A DNA stretch of 64,000 nt from Octopus sinensis (Eukaryota): assembly GCF_006345805.1 (NCBI RefSeq), contig NC_043021.1:17236001-17300000 (forward strand), written 5' to 3'. A program made the position numbers and the translations under genes. The notes beneath the pieces are model-generated. The model made no database searches, was not told where the DNA came from, and saw only the letters and a program-made list of their open reading frames with translations. Positions 40,731 to 52,577 of this stretch are shown piece by piece. The first letter of the stretch is position 1. Each line of letters opens with the position of its first letter.

Positions 40731-41100
40731 TATATATATTATATATATATATATTATATATATATTTATTCATATATATATTTATTTATATATATATATT
40801 TATTATTCATATATATATATATTTATTTATATACATATATATATATATTATATATATATATATATATTTATTTATATATATATATATATTTATTTATTCA
40901 TATATATATATATTTATTTATTTATTTATATATATATATAATATATTTATTTATATATATATATATATATATTTATTTATTTATATACATATATATATAT
41001 TTATTTATTTATATACATATATATATATTTATTTATATACATATATATATATTATTTATTTATATACATATATATATATTTATTTATACATTATATATAT

Positions 41101-41136
<36 letters not shown>

Positions 41137-41367
41137 TATTTATTTATACATTTATTCTCATTTTGTTTTTCTCCTTTCCATTTCCTCCAGCCTTATGATA
41201 GAGGTGACAGTGCCATGCAAGCATTACGTGTTGCCGACAGCGATTCTGATGATGATGATGACGACACGTGTCATGACAGCTCCGAGGAGGAAGCAATGGA
41301 GAAAGGCACCGCTCCGACCAAAGTCGGTCGGGAGCTTGAGTGGGACGATTCCATCTTGTCTTTCTAA
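10132..41367 (+). CDS. CLSTN1: Calsyntenin (calsyntenin-1-like / alcadein), spliced CDS, 5'-incomplete
   Basis: 15 exons joined by GT-AG introns with consistent phases: 10132-10474, 13420-13628, 17263-17409, 18005-18196, 20678-20959, 21522-21703, 22289-22418, 24098-24252, 28043-28194, 28676-28983, 30460-30624, 31527-31672, 33426-33558 (or the identical 34283-34415), 39499-39677, 41191-41367; 2900 nt in total. Family motifs: cadherin repeats, [56 protein letters not shown] helix, [17 protein letters not shown]-terminal [10 protein letters not shown]. Invertebrates typically have one calsyntenin, so the symbol is nominal. Confidence 0.96.
11438..11894. mobile_element. Two TTAA-flanked (piggyBac-like) MITEs in inverted orientation sharing a central TTAA
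   Basis: Termini TTAACCCTTTAGCATT...AATGCTAAAGGGTTAA; second unit is the diverged reverse complement of the first; relatives near 16229-16430 and 39170-39396. Confidence 0.75.
12755..13200. repeat. Polypyrimidine (C-rich) minisatellite, about 20-21-bp unit
   Basis: Unit CCCCAACTCCCCTCCGTCTCT; G-rich on the minus strand. Confidence 0.9.
13420..13628 (+). CDS. CLSTN1: Calsyntenin exon: cadherin linker and repeat 2
   Basis: TTCTGCAG acceptor; [29 protein letters not shown]...[19 protein letters not shown]...; donor G|GTGAGT. Confidence 0.95.
15749..15922. repeat. 174-bp near-perfect palindrome
   Basis: AAATTAAGAAATGGAGTCAAA...GAGATTATTC-CA-GAATAATCTC...TTTGACTCCATTTCTTAATTT; centre at 15835-15836. 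Confidence 0.9.
16600..16829. mobile_element. TTAA-flanked MITE (second family)
   Basis: TTAACCCTTTCG...GAAAAGGGTTAA termini; a degenerate relative lies near 31700-31920. Confidence 0.6.
17263..17409 (+). CDS. CLSTN1: Calsyntenin exon: end of cadherin repeat 2
   Basis: TTTCAG acceptor; [26 protein letters not shown]...CEVGWK; donor G|GTAATT. Confidence 0.93.
17445..17785. repeat. 27-bp minisatellite, about 12 copies
   Basis: Unit GTACAGGTGTGTGACTGAGTGTTATAT. Confidence 0.95.
18005..18196 (+). CDS. CLSTN1: Calsyntenin exon
   Basis: TTTAG acceptor; [13 protein letters not shown]...[22 protein letters not shown] (family-conserved motif); donor G|GTACGT. Confidence 0.95.
20307..20573. mobile_element. 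hAT-type MITE
   Basis: TIRs CAGTGCTTCCCAAA / TTTGGGAACCACTG; 8-bp TSD CTCCAACA / CTCTAACA. Confidence 0.8.
20678..20959 (+). CDS. CLSTN1: Calsyntenin exon: start of LamG/LNS domain
   Basis: TTTTCAG acceptor; [14 protein letters not shown]...[25 protein letters not shown]...FTISTWMKR...[11 protein letters not shown]; donor C|GTAAGT. Confidence 0.95.
21522..21703 (+). CDS. CLSTN1: Calsyntenin exon: LamG/LNS domain
   Basis: [22 protein letters not shown]...[27 protein letters not shown]; CAG acceptor, GAG|GTAAGT donor. Confidence 0.96.
22289..22418 (+). CDS. CLSTN1: Calsyntenin exon: LamG/LNS domain
   Basis: [11 protein letters not shown]...[26 protein letters not shown]; TTTAG acceptor, G|GTGAGA donor. 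Confidence 0.95.
23325..23889 (-). mobile_element. Internally deleted mariner (Tc1/mariner) element
   Basis: TIRs TTGGGTTGTCCGGAAAGTTC / GAACTTTCCGGACAACCTAG flanked by TA; transposase remnant [28 protein letters not shown] (mariner YSPDLAP motif). Confidence 0.92.
24098..24252 (+). CDS. CLSTN1: Calsyntenin exon: end of LamG/LNS domain
   Basis: [41 protein letters not shown]...; CCAG acceptor, ACG|GTAAGC donor. Confidence 0.95.
25576..25812 (+). mobile_element. tRNA-derived SINE, family 2 (Meta-domain-like core)
   Basis: AAGGTGGCGAGCTAGCAGA...GAGTTCAAATTCC...GCCTTTCATCCTTTCGGGGTCGATTAAATAAGTACCAGTT; inserted inside another repeat; copies at 2641-3061(-), 44028-44258(+) and many more. The Meta-domain assignment is from memory of the motif. 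Confidence 0.8.
28043..28194 (+). CDS. CLSTN1: Calsyntenin exon (absent from the ORF track)
   Basis: [50 protein letters not shown]; TAG acceptor, GA|GTAAGT donor. Confidence 0.93.
28305..28630. repeat. (TG)n/T-rich compound repeat filling most of a short intron
   Basis: GTGTGT..TTTTAATG units between exons 28043-28194 and 28676-28983. Confidence 0.9.
28676..28983 (+). CDS. CLSTN1: Calsyntenin exon with poly-acidic tract
   Basis: CQSVDGES...[17 protein letters not shown]...[21 protein letters not shown]...; TTTCAG acceptor, G|GTAACT donor, phase fits both neighbours. Confidence 0.88.
29212..30165. repeat. Compound (CA)n/(TA)n microsatellite with higher-order periodicity
   Basis: Recurring CATAGACATAT...CACACATGTAT...ATGCACACATGCATAC blocks. 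Confidence 0.9.
30460..30624 (+). CDS. CLSTN1: Calsyntenin exon (absent from the ORF track)
   Basis: [54 protein letters not shown]; CTCCAG acceptor, A|GTAAGT donor. Confidence 0.9.
31220..31510. repeat. CTCA/CT-rich tandem repeat abutting a 3' splice site
   Basis: Unit roughly TACTCACTCACTCTCTCTCTAT. Confidence 0.9.
31527..31672 (+). CDS. CLSTN1: Calsyntenin exon
   Basis: [18 protein letters not shown]...[22 protein letters not shown] (family-typical CS..NGRF.S); CCAG acceptor, AAG|GTAACC donor. Confidence 0.93.
32134..32535 (+). mobile_element. tRNA-derived SINE, family 1 (full length)
   Basis: Head GGCGCAGGAGTGGCTGTG..GGTAAG with B-box-like GGTTCAGTCCC, internal (TA)n/(TG)n, tail GACTGAAACAAGTAAAA; near-identical to 60270-60680. 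Confidence 0.85.
33426..33558 (+). CDS. CLSTN1: Calsyntenin juxtamembrane exon, copy A (133 nt)
   Basis: [44 protein letters not shown]; TTTAG acceptor, A|GTATGT donor; phase 0 in, phase 1 out, exactly bridging the flanking exons. Confidence 0.85.
34283..34415 (+). CDS. CLSTN1: Calsyntenin juxtamembrane exon, copy B (identical to copy A)
   Basis: Same nucleotide sequence and splice sites as 33426-33558, offset 857 bp. Confidence 0.6.
35868..36172. mobile_element. hAT-type MITE
   Basis: TIRs CAAAGTTTCTCAAA / TTTGAGAACCTATG; 8-bp TSD CTTTAGAG / GTTTAGAG. Confidence 0.75.
36742..37126 (+). mobile_element. Non-autonomous Helitron-like element
   Basis: 5' TC start, GTCTGT-type microsatellite, CCGATTCTGATGAAACTT subterminal motif, GC-rich 3' segment ending CTAG|T, sitting in a (TA)n tract without TSD. 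Confidence 0.7.
37273..37317 (+). ncRNA. Minimal type I hammerhead ribozyme-like motif (one core mismatch)
   Basis: TCTAGG-CCGACGA-AGGA(caatca)TCCT-GAAA-C(acgt)G-TC-CCTAGA: stem I 6 bp, stem II 4 bp, palindromic minimal stem III, GUC site; core CCGACGA instead of CUGANGA. Confidence 0.65.
39499..39677 (+). CDS. CLSTN1: Calsyntenin exon: transmembrane helix, first W-acidic motif and NP motif
   Basis: [31 protein letters not shown]...[18 protein letters not shown]; TTTCAG acceptor, CAG|GTAAGA donor. Confidence 0.97.
39706..40070. repeat. 16-bp minisatellite, about 22 copies
   Basis: Unit GCCCGAGTGTCTGAA(A/T). Confidence 0.95.
40680..41150. repeat. AT-only compound microsatellite upstream of the last exon
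   Basis: (TA)n/(TTTA)n mosaic. Confidence 0.9.
41191..41367 (+). CDS. CLSTN1: Calsyntenin last coding exon: acidic tail, second W-acidic motif, stop
   Basis: [38 protein letters not shown]...[15 protein letters not shown]; CTCCAG acceptor. Confidence 0.96.
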   Translation, partial: PYDRGDSAMQALRVADSDSDDDDDDTCHDSSEEEAMEKGTAPTKVGRELEWDDSILSF

Positions 41368-42778
41368 GCATGTGGAATATTTGTATGTATGTATGTATGT
41401 ATGTATGTACATATGTATATGCGTGTGTTTGTCATGTGGGAGGGATGCACGCACACACATACATACTCATGCACACACATACACACACATATACACAAAC
41501 ACACACACACATGTGCATGCACATATATGAAACAGTAAGGAAGAAGAAAAAAAAAACGTAAAAACAAACAAAGATGATTGGAAAATAAGAAGAAAAAGCC
41601 TCTACAAAAACATTCTCAAAATTTAAAGAATGAAAATAAGCAAGAACTTATACACACACACACACGCACGCACACACATCATACACACACACACACACAC
41701 ACACATTACTAACAACAGCGGCACTACCACCAACCAAACATACTACCATCACCCCCCTCCCCACCACCGCCACCACCACCACCACCACGGCTGGGTCATC
41801 ATCATCAACTACAACAAATCTTGAAACCTAATTGTCAGTTATCAGCAAACAGGGTTTTTTTTTTCCTCTCAAGAAAATTTACTACTACTACTACTACTAC
41901 TGCTGCTGCTGTGGCTAGTGTTAATGCTTGTTTTAGCAATGGTATTAGTACTACTACTACTACTACTAATACTTACTATTAATGTTATTACTACATTTAC
42001 TAATATTTACAGCAAAGATTCTTACTACTACTACTACTACTACTAGTAATGATAATAAAAATAATAATAAGGTTGATAACATTAACAACAATAATGATGA
42101 TAATTGTAAAAAAAACACTAATAGCATTGATGATAACACTAATAATAATAATGATAATGGTAACATTAATATTAGTAATAATAATAATGATATGGTTATA
42201 TTAATAATAAAAACTAAAATTTAATTCTTCAAAGAAAAGGAAAAAGTTTGGGATAAAATTGTAAAAAAAAACTAATAAAGGAACAAGAAGAAAGCAAGAC
42301 TAAGTGTAGTGAATAATTAATAATAATTAATAATAATTAATAATAATATAAATGATGATGCTACTGCTACTACTAGTAATAATAATGGTAATAATTATCG
42401 TTCTTGGTGAACTGATGATGTAAATGATGATGATAGTGATGATGATGATGGTTATGCTAATGATGATAGGGATGAAGTCAGTGATGATTAAATATGATGA
42501 TAATAATTATAATAACGAGAGCGACAGTCGTTATTGGGAGCTGATTAAAAGAAACAAAGGAAAAAAATGCTGAAGAAAAATAAAATTAAAAAAACCGAAT
42601 TAACAAGAGAAACATTATTATTAACAATAATGATAATAATAATAATTGATGATGATGATGAAAATTAAAATATTCTGTATAAATTAATTAAATAAAAAAA
42701 AAAAAAATCAGAAAAATTAAAACAAAAAAAAACTTCCTAAATGGAAGAAATTTTTTTCAAAATCAAATGTTCATCAAA

Positions 42779-42811
<33 letters not shown>

Positions 42812-43093
42812 GTCATCATCAAAGGCGACGGATTGGCAGGTTAGGTAGGGTGTCGGACTAAAATGCCTTGTGGTGTTGAAGTTAATGTCCCTTTTACCTT
42901 CTGAGTTCAAATCCCACCGAGATTCGACTTTGCCTTTCTTCCTCTTCCAGGGGTCGAGGAAAAAAAAAAAGAAAAACCAAGTACCAGTGAAATACTGGGG
43001 AGGAGAGGCAGAGCTGATATAATTAACTCTTATAGCTATTCCCTTGGCCTTGTGCCTACGTTAGATTCATAATCATCATCATCATCATTATTA

Positions 43094-43127
<34 letters not shown>

Positions 43128-43590
43128 GATTATTATTATTATTGTTGTTCCTGTTATCCATGTTGTTATTCCTATTTCTCAGAACTTTAGCCAAACAAAT
43201 AATGGAAGAATATTAAAAAAAAAAAACACCCAAAAAAACCCCAAAAATGTTCTTTTTCATTTGAGATGGTTAGAGATAGAGAGAAAAAGATAGACAAACA
43301 GACAGACAGATAGTGGTGTAAGAGAGATATAGATAGACTGAGAAATAAAGGTGCAAGAAGTTTAGACAGATCAATAGGTGATTAATGATTGATAAAAAAG
43401 ATAAATAGATAAAAGGAATATTAATGGCATATATATTTTTCTGACCTGTAAAGGTCACAGACGGGGTTAATTTCTACTGATTCTGTTATTAAAGGACAAA
43501 AAATATCAAAACCCACACACAAAAAAAAGGATAGGTATAAAAGGAGGGTAAATAAGAAAAATAGGCAGGTAAATGTGTGTAGATAGAAAG

Positions 43591-43627
<37 letters not shown>

Positions 43628-43866
43628 AGTAAAAGTATGAGATGAGTAGAAGGTGGAGAGGTAGAAGTTTAAGAGATTTATATAGATGGGTAGTGGAGTA
43701 GGGGTAGATTGAGGAAAACGACCAATATCTTCAGGAGGGAACCGAAATGTTTAGAATCTTTGAGTTGGTAACATGAGGATAGACAGAGGGAGGAAGTCAG
43801 AATGAAATGAGAATTTGTTTGTGTGATTGATAGACAAAGAGAGAAGTATACTGAAAGAAATATATG

Positions 43867-43897
<31 letters not shown>

Positions 43898-43948
43898 GTA
43901 TATATATATGTATATATGTATGTATGTATATATGTATGTATATATATG

Positions 43949-44016
<68 letters not shown>

Positions 44017-45699
44017 TACATATATAGGGCGGCGAGCCAGCAGAATTGTTAGTACACTGGGCGAAATGCATAGCTGTATTTTGTCTGCCATTACGTTCTG
44101 AGTTCAAATTCCGCCGACGTCGACTTTTCCTTTCATCCTTTCAGGGTCAATTAAATAAGTACCAGTTACTCACTGGGGTCGATGTAATTGACTTAATCCC
44201 TTTGTCTGTCCTTGTTTGTCCCTTCTGTGTTTAGCCCCCCTGTGGGCAATAAAGAAATGTATGTATGTATGTATGTGTTTTTCTTCTCTAAGGAGTCTTT
44301 ACAGAATTAAGCTTTTGGTGGTGGTGTTTCTTGATGGTCGTCATACTGGTTGCTGTGTTTAGCCCCCTCCCTCCCATCCTAGGTCATTCCTAGGAGAGCA
44401 AACCGAAGGATCGGTTGTGTTTTCGTTGTGATCACTCCAGTCTTGTTGCTTTTTTTATTCTCTTATTTCTTTTTTTTTTTGTTCCACAGCAAACTGGCTG
44501 GTAGGGTGTGGCTTCTTGCATGTCCAGTAACCCAACCCTGCCCAACGTAGACGTTCCCCCACCTCCGCTCCTTTAAGGCCCAAAGTCAGATAGGCTCTTA
44601 GTCAGGGTATTAGTTTAGACTTTGTTATATAGTCATGGCAACTCCTCTTCCATCCATCCCTCATCACAGCTTTTAATTGTTAGCGAGATGAAATGCTTAA
44701 CAGCATTTCACCTGCCTTTAGTTCTGAGTTCAAACCCCACCAAGATTTACTTTGTTTTCCATCCTTTGGTGGTGGCACTGAGGGATCAATAAAATAAGTA
44801 CCAGTTAAGTACTGGGGGTTGAAGTAATTGACTTAACGTCTTTCCTTTAAGAAATTGCAGGCCTTGTGCCTAAAGTAGAAAGGATTATTACCATTAATAA
44901 GGCAGTGAGCTCGCAGAACCGTTGGTGTTGGTAGAAAAGCTTTGTGGTGTTTCTTCTGAACCTTTATGCTCTGTGTTCTAATCCTGCCAAGATTTTCAAC
45001 TTTTTGGGGTCCCAGTCACATACTGAGGTTGATGGTGGCAATGAGTCATCTCCCTTTATAAGATTGCTGGCCTTGTGCCCAAATCAGAAACAATCAATAT
45101 AATTGTTATTCTGGAGGAGGTGGGGGTTCATAAAGTACCAGTCATATGCTATGGACCACTATAACTGATTATTGATTATACTCCTCTCCACCTCATAACC
45201 CCCCCCCCCCCAATCCCACCATGTCTATTATTAGAGATTTAATAAAATTTTCGTGCCAGAAAGGAAAAAGAAAATACCTTTTGGTATTTACTTTCTTTGA
45301 CATCCTGAGTTCAATTCCTGCGGAGGGTAAGTAAGAGGAGTGGGGGTGGGGTTTCGATAAAATTAGTAACGATCAAATAACTCGTCTTTTTAATCAAATA
45401 GTCTTCTTTTCTCCCTCTTTTCAAATGTGTGGCACCTGTACTCATCATCACCATCATCATCATCATCATATATTTGACCTCTAATACTGAAATGCATTAC
45501 TAAATTTTTGTTACGCCCCCTCCCCCACTCATTCTTTGACTCCCCTCCCCCCACCCCGCACCAACAATTCAAGCTTCTTCGTTTCTGAGTTGGAAAATTC
45601 TATGACTAGGGTCTTTGATTCTTGTGAGTGTCTGCTGCTTTACCTTTCTTCAGCGCCCACCTTCAGAGAATGGAAACGGCATTGGTGTGTTTATGTGTG

Positions 45700-45737
<38 letters not shown>

Positions 45738-46134
45738 TAGGGTAAAAAGCAGTGGTTGGTTTTTTTTTTTTTTTGTTTTAGTTTAAAATGCAGAATCAAA
45801 AAAAAAAAAAATTGGAGATGTTTATCTTTTTCTTTTTCAAATGACAAAATCAGAAAATCAAAATCAAAGAACCCCTCCCCCCTTCCTACATGCACACACA
45901 CACACACACACATACATACACTCACATACATACATACATACATACACTCATACATACATACATACATACAAAAGAAATTCAAGTTCTGCTCGCTTCCTCT
46001 GCTTTCATTTGTCCCCTACCCATCTCAGTTTTGAAATTGAAAGAACCCTGCCCCCTGCACTATTTTATCTCTATCCTTTTCTTTCATCTTCGTCTGTCTA
46101 TCTCCACTTTCCTACACTCTATCACCAACTTTAA

Positions 46135-46252
46135 GATCTATCTATCTATATTTCCAGTTACCTATCTACCTGTCTATTTATCTGTCTATCCAGCTACCTG
46201 TCTATCTATCTATCTATCTGTCTATCTATCTATCTGTCTATCTATCTATCTG

Positions 46253-46316
<64 letters not shown>

Positions 46317-46475
46317 GCTACCTGTCTGTCTGTCTATCTATCTAGCTACCTGTCTGTCTGTCTATCTATCTAGCTACCTGTCTGTCTGTCTATCTATCTA
46401 GCTACCTGTCTGTCTGTCTATCTATCTAGCTACCTGTCTGTCTATCTATCTATCTATCTATCTGCCTGTCTATCT
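46135..46475. repeat. (TATC)n/(TGTC)n microsatellite with a roughly 28-bp higher-order unit
   Basis: TATC runs followed by repeated TAGCTACCTGTCTGTCTGTCTATCTATC. Confidence 0.9.
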
Positions 46476-48617
46476 AGTTTTGTCAAATTGAATAATTAAG
46501 CAATTAAATTTAATTACAAGCTGAAATAAAATTTAAATCAATTAAAATTACTCTCTTGTCTTGCATTTTCTCTTTTTCTTCCCCCCTTCCAACCTTTTTA
46601 CCGCTTACCACCACCACCACCACCACTGTTACTACTTTCCCTAGTGGTCCTACTACTACTGTCACTCAATATCTCCAGTGTCTCCCATGGCCACCACCAC
46701 CAACCATGGTTGCATTGGTGTTGGTGTTACATGAAAATAACTGTTGATGATGATGATATGGGAATGGTGAAGGGCGGTTGTGTGAACTGCATCAGGGCCA
46801 ACCCCTCTGCCCTTCCAGAGGGTGTTGAGTAGGGGGGAAATTAGAGCATGTAGGCAGGAGGATATATCTAAAGGTGTGGGTAGGTGTGTGTGTGGGTGAA
46901 GAAGGTTGCACGTGGTTGAGTGAGGAGGGGAGGGCATGGTTGGTGGGGTTTCTTATCTGTGTACATTCCAGTGTTCTTTTTATCTTTCTTTTATGATCTA
47001 GCTCCTCTTCATTCCACACACACACACACACACATTCTTTCCCTTTCTAAAAAAACCCAAATTAAATAGTGACCTTTTATCCTTTCAGAGGTGGTGGTGA
47101 TAGTGGGGGTTAATTAAAAAAAAAATAAATCAGATACCAGTCATATACTGGGGTCCTGTAAATTGTCCCAGACTTGAATAAGACTTTACAAGGTGATGAA
47201 GACTTTGGACTACCAGCAGCATTGCCATCAGCACATCTTCAGAAGCAAAAAACAAAATGCCAATAAGCTGTACAAATTGCGTGTAATGCAGTACTGCATA
47301 TTTAACAACATTGCATCTCTATCAAACCCACCGAAACATGGATGATATACTACAGAAAACCACCACTGTTTTATACCATCATACCATTCCATTCCATTCC
47401 ATACCATTTCCATTCTTTGCTGATTGGTTCATGGTAGTTTCTACTTCTTCCTGAAAATCTCCAGACATAAGCATGCACTTCCTTGAAGCATGTCAATGCA
47501 TGTGCATGCCGTAGCACTTGAGAATGCAGTAAAATGCACACATACATCAGCTTAAAACCAAGATGTGCATAGAACAAAAAATACCACACACACACATTTG
47601 GATATACATTGATATCTTGCTATGTACCATTCCTAACTCTGTTACAAATCGCTGCATCATTCCATCCATCCTGCAACATGCTGCATTTCTCAATGCACCA
47701 CTCTATACTGAAGATATCACCACACTGCAATATTGAGAAAAAACACGTTAAACTCACAAGAGTGCTATTTTCCAAAGGGAAATGCTGAGCTGGACACAAG
47801 GTACAACATATAGCTGTACACAAGCACGTGCAAACCTAAGCATCATTCAGTCTCGCAAAAATGCATTCGCACACTACAAATCTAAACATTTCAAATCCCC
47901 TCTGATACACACTACACATGTTTTTTTCTCCCTTGGCCTCATATATATTCATTCACTACATATAGACCTTATTCCAACTCTGGTTTGGTTTTAAATGTGG
48001 TGTCAGTCAGTGTAAAAGAACAACACAAATGGGGTTTAAAATTTACTACAGCTGTTTCGGTAGCATTTTATAGATGCATTTATAAATTAGCATAAATCCA
48101 CCACCCTCAGGCAAAAACCTTAAACAGGTATACAATGGCAAGGTAAAATCTAGATGACCTATTTACCACGTGATTCACTACTTATATATATCTTGTTTCA
48201 GTCATCAGACTGTGGCCATGCTGGGGCACAACTACCCTGTTATACACTCTCTCTCTCTTTCTCCATACATTTACACAATGGTATGCATATTCTTCAGTGT
48301 CACACTCTAACCCTGCATTATGCTACACTTCACTCTGTTGCACAACATTGACATATTTACTCAACACTGCTGCATGCTGTTGCACTCCATTATTCCACAC
48401 TAGGATTGCATTATAACTGTAAACAGTAACAACAACAACAACAACAACATAATAAATTATAAAAACTGTCTTAATTCAATAATCTGGGTGTCTTTTTTTT
48501 TCTTTCTCTCTCTCAGTATTTTTTTCTCTAAAATTCTCTCAGTAGCTTATGCCTACCAATAAGTATTCCAGTTCACTACTACTACTACTACTACTACCAC
48601 TACCACTACTACTACTA

Positions 48618-48708
<91 letters not shown>

Positions 48709-49051
48709 AATAGAATACTTAGCAGCATACCATTATCATCATTTGTAAGAATCTTAGGCATCAATAACAACCACAATGGCTCAAGCATTTCAGTGACCCT
48801 GTTGCAAACAATGCAGTGGCTCAGTTAGAATAGTGACCACCACTGATGGCTCAGCCGTAGTTCTAATAACAGACTGACCAAGTTTGCAACCACCACCATC
48901 ACCACCACCACCACCTCCTAGCTACAATGACATTGGTGACATCTAACCCTTCCACTAACCCTTCTCTCCAACTGAAACACATCTATACTATACTGCACAT
49001 ACATACATACATATATACATACCACACATATATGTACATACATACACTACA

Positions 49052-49107
<56 letters not shown>

Positions 49108-49794
49108 CACACACTCATATTATACATATCATGTTTGCACTTTCTAGATAACTATGGAATGCTGTCGATGTATGGAGTTTTTTTTTATGTAGATTTATGA
49201 AGATAAGGTTGTCTATTTGTCTGTCTGTCTGTCTCTTCACTCTCTCTTTCTGTCTGTCTGCCTGCTTCTCTCTCTCTCTCTCTTTCAAACTATTAGGAGG
49301 GCAATATTCTAGAATAAAAGATGGCAGTGAGCTGGAAGAATTATTGGCATGCCAAACAAAATCCTTAATGGCATTTCGGCCGTCTTTATATTCTGAGCTC
49401 AAAATTCCGCCGGGGTTGACTTTGCCGTTTATCCTTTCGGGATCACCAAAATAAGCACCAGTGAAGCACTGGGGGTGGGGGCAATGGAATTGACTTACCC
49501 CCTCCACCCTGATCTTGCTGGTCTTGTGCCAAAATTTGAAACTAATATTCTAGAAGAAAAGTTTGGAATTCTAGGGTCTCAAAACTGTATTTTTCATTTA
49601 CAGGAGAGGCAACTGGTAGTGGAGGTAACAGTGCCACCGTCTGTCTGTGTGTCTGCCTCACAGTAAATTTTCACTTTACTTACTATGACTGAGGTGGGGG
49701 AAGGGGACGAAGTGTATTTTTTTTTTTTTTTAAGAATTTTTACTTCCTCCAAAATTAAGGTGCAGGTTTGTGTCAGTACTGCGTGCGTTTGCCT

Positions 49795-50430
49795 GGATTA
49801 TTATTATTATTATCATTATTATTATTATTATTAAGCTGGTGAGCTGGAAGAATTATTAGCAAGCCAGGCAAAATGCTTGGTGGCATTTCATTCATCTTCA
49901 TGTCCTGAGTTCAAATTTCACCAAGGTCAACTTTGCCTTTAAATAAGGCAATGAGCTGGCAGATTCGTTAGCATGCCAGACGAAATGTTTAGTGGCATTT
50001 CATCTGTCCTTATGTTCTGAGTTCAAATTCCACCAACGTTGACTTTGCCTTTCTTCCATTTGGGGTCAATAAATTAAGTACCAGTATAGCACTGGGGACG
50101 ATGTAACCAACTAGACCTCTCTCCCTCAAATTTCAGGCCTTGTGCCTATACTAGAAAGGATTATTATTATCATTATTATTATTTAAGGTGGTGAGCTGGC
50201 AGAATCATTAGCACGCTGGGCAAGATGCTGTAGCAGCATTTTGTCTGTCTTTATGTCCTAAGTTCAAATTCCGCCAAGGTTGACTTTGCCTTTCATCCTT
50301 TCAGGGTCGATAAAATAAGTACCAGTTGAACACTGGGGTCAATGTAATTGACTCATGCCCTCCCCAAAAGTAGCTGCCCTTGTGGCAAAATTTGAAACCA
50401 TAATTATTATTATTATTATTATTATTATTT
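49795..50430 (+). mobile_element. Head-to-tail chain of family-2 SINEs
   Basis: Units starting near 49833, 49946 and 50185, linked by (ATT)n; similar chains at 51665-52080 and 53195-53890. Confidence 0.8.
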
Positions 50431-50797
50431 TTCACAACTCAATGCAGAGGTAAAAAAATGGGTGTAAAGAAATAAAAACCCCCCAAAAAACAAAAGGTTT
50501 TTTTTAATATTCTTCTAAGCTTTTTTTTTATTTTTAAATTTTGCTACCCTGGATGGTGGTGGTACTGGTGAGAGGGGGAGGAGTGGAGAGAGAAGATATT
50601 CTGTGAAAGTGGAATAATTCTTCAAAACTATAAGCTTCCTTTTTATCATATCATTTTACAGTTTATGCATTTTGTGTCTATGACTGCATGTATAAGACCA
50701 TGTGTGTGTATATATATATGTGTGCATGTGCGTATGTATGCACTATATATATTTTATATATATATATGTATATATATATACATATGTATGCACTATA

Positions 50798-50837
<40 letters not shown>

Positions 50838-52049
50838 ATGTAATGTACACACACACACATATGTATATACCCCCCTAGCTGAAATATTAGGGCAGTGCCC
50901 CTAGGAAACCGTTTGATATATTTACTGCATAATTTTGACTTTTGCTTTGTTGTTCTGTTGCTTTTTATTTTTTTTGCTGCTGCAATGTTTTTTATGATTC
51001 TGCAACCGTATAATAAATACAGCTTTGATATACATATCCACACACACATACACACATATATACACACACCTGCATTTACTGACACTAAAAAACCCCAAAA
51101 GAATATCCAAGGATAGTATTTGACAAAGTGTGTGAGTGTGTAGCTGGCTGTTGAACCTAAATTTTGTTTTTCCTCCTCGTTGCAAAGGTAATAACTCTGC
51201 AAATCTGACGTACACCTTAATAGCAGCATCTTCTACAGGTTGCTGCTTAAACCAGGTGTGAATGAATGGAGGAAAGAACAAAAAAAAAATAAAATAAAAT
51301 AAAATAAAATAAAAAATAAAGAATGGAAAAAAAAAAGAAAAGATGAGAACTTGTGTCAATATAACATTAATGGTCGAAATTCATCAAACAAAAGGAAAAC
51401 AAACTTATTTCTACATAACATTTGTTTTTTTTTCTCTGATTTTTCAACACATGTACGCATAACACATGTCTGTTATCTTTTATAACACAAATATATTATT
51501 TGCAATGTAGTGTGAAACAGTTATATATATACAAAAAAAAAATAAATATATATATATATATATATATAAACAGGACTTTTGAAAGAGATGTGTATTCATC
51601 ATCATAATTGCAATTATTATTATTATTAATATTATTATTATTATTGTTATTATTATTATTATTATTGTGAGGGTGGTGAACTGGCAGAATGGTTAGAGTA
51701 TGGGACAAAATACTTATTGGCATTTCTTCTGGTCTTTCAAGTTCTGAGTTAAAATCCTCTCAAAGTCAGCTTTGCCCTTCGTGCATTGAGGGTCGATAAA
51801 ATAAAGTACCAGTCATGTACTGGGGTTGATGTATTTGGCTAACCCTCTCCCTACTCCACTGAAAAACTTCTGGCATTGTGCCAAAATTTGAAACCATCAT
51901 CATTATTATTATTATTTTTAATTTCACCAAGGTCGACTTTGCCTTTCATCCTTTTAGGGTCAATCAATTAAGTACCAGTTGAGCACTGGGGTCGATGTAA
52001 TCGACTCATGCCCTCCCCAAAAGTGGCTGCTCTTGTGACAAAATTTGAA

Positions 52050-52080
<31 letters not shown>

Positions 52081-52537
52081 GGGCAGTAAATTGTGAGGGT
52101 TGGTGGTGAGAAATAGATTTAAAATTTTGTGCTGTTTAGTTACATCCCTTTACTGCTGTGTGAGTTCAAATCTCAGCCTTGATCACCACTACCACAAGGG
52201 GTCAGCTTTAAAGGTCCAGTGACATACAGATGGAGTGGGATCAAATTATTTGGCTATATTTGTTTCCCTATCCACTTCCACAAACATCACGAAAATCAAT
52301 TACCCCAATCACACACGGCTTCTAATTTAGGCACCATTTTTTGGGGTGGCGAGGGAGACTCGTAGAGACCATTGACTCCAGGACTCGACTGAGTCTATAT
52401 TATTGACTCTGAATACACGAAAGCAAAGCTGACCTCTATAGGACTTGAACTTGCAATGTTCTGAGTTGGAAGAAATGCTATGAAGCGTTTTTCTCGACAC
52501 TCGAAAGATTCTTTCATTTTGCTACCAACAATGTTGA

Positions 52538-52577
<40 letters not shown>

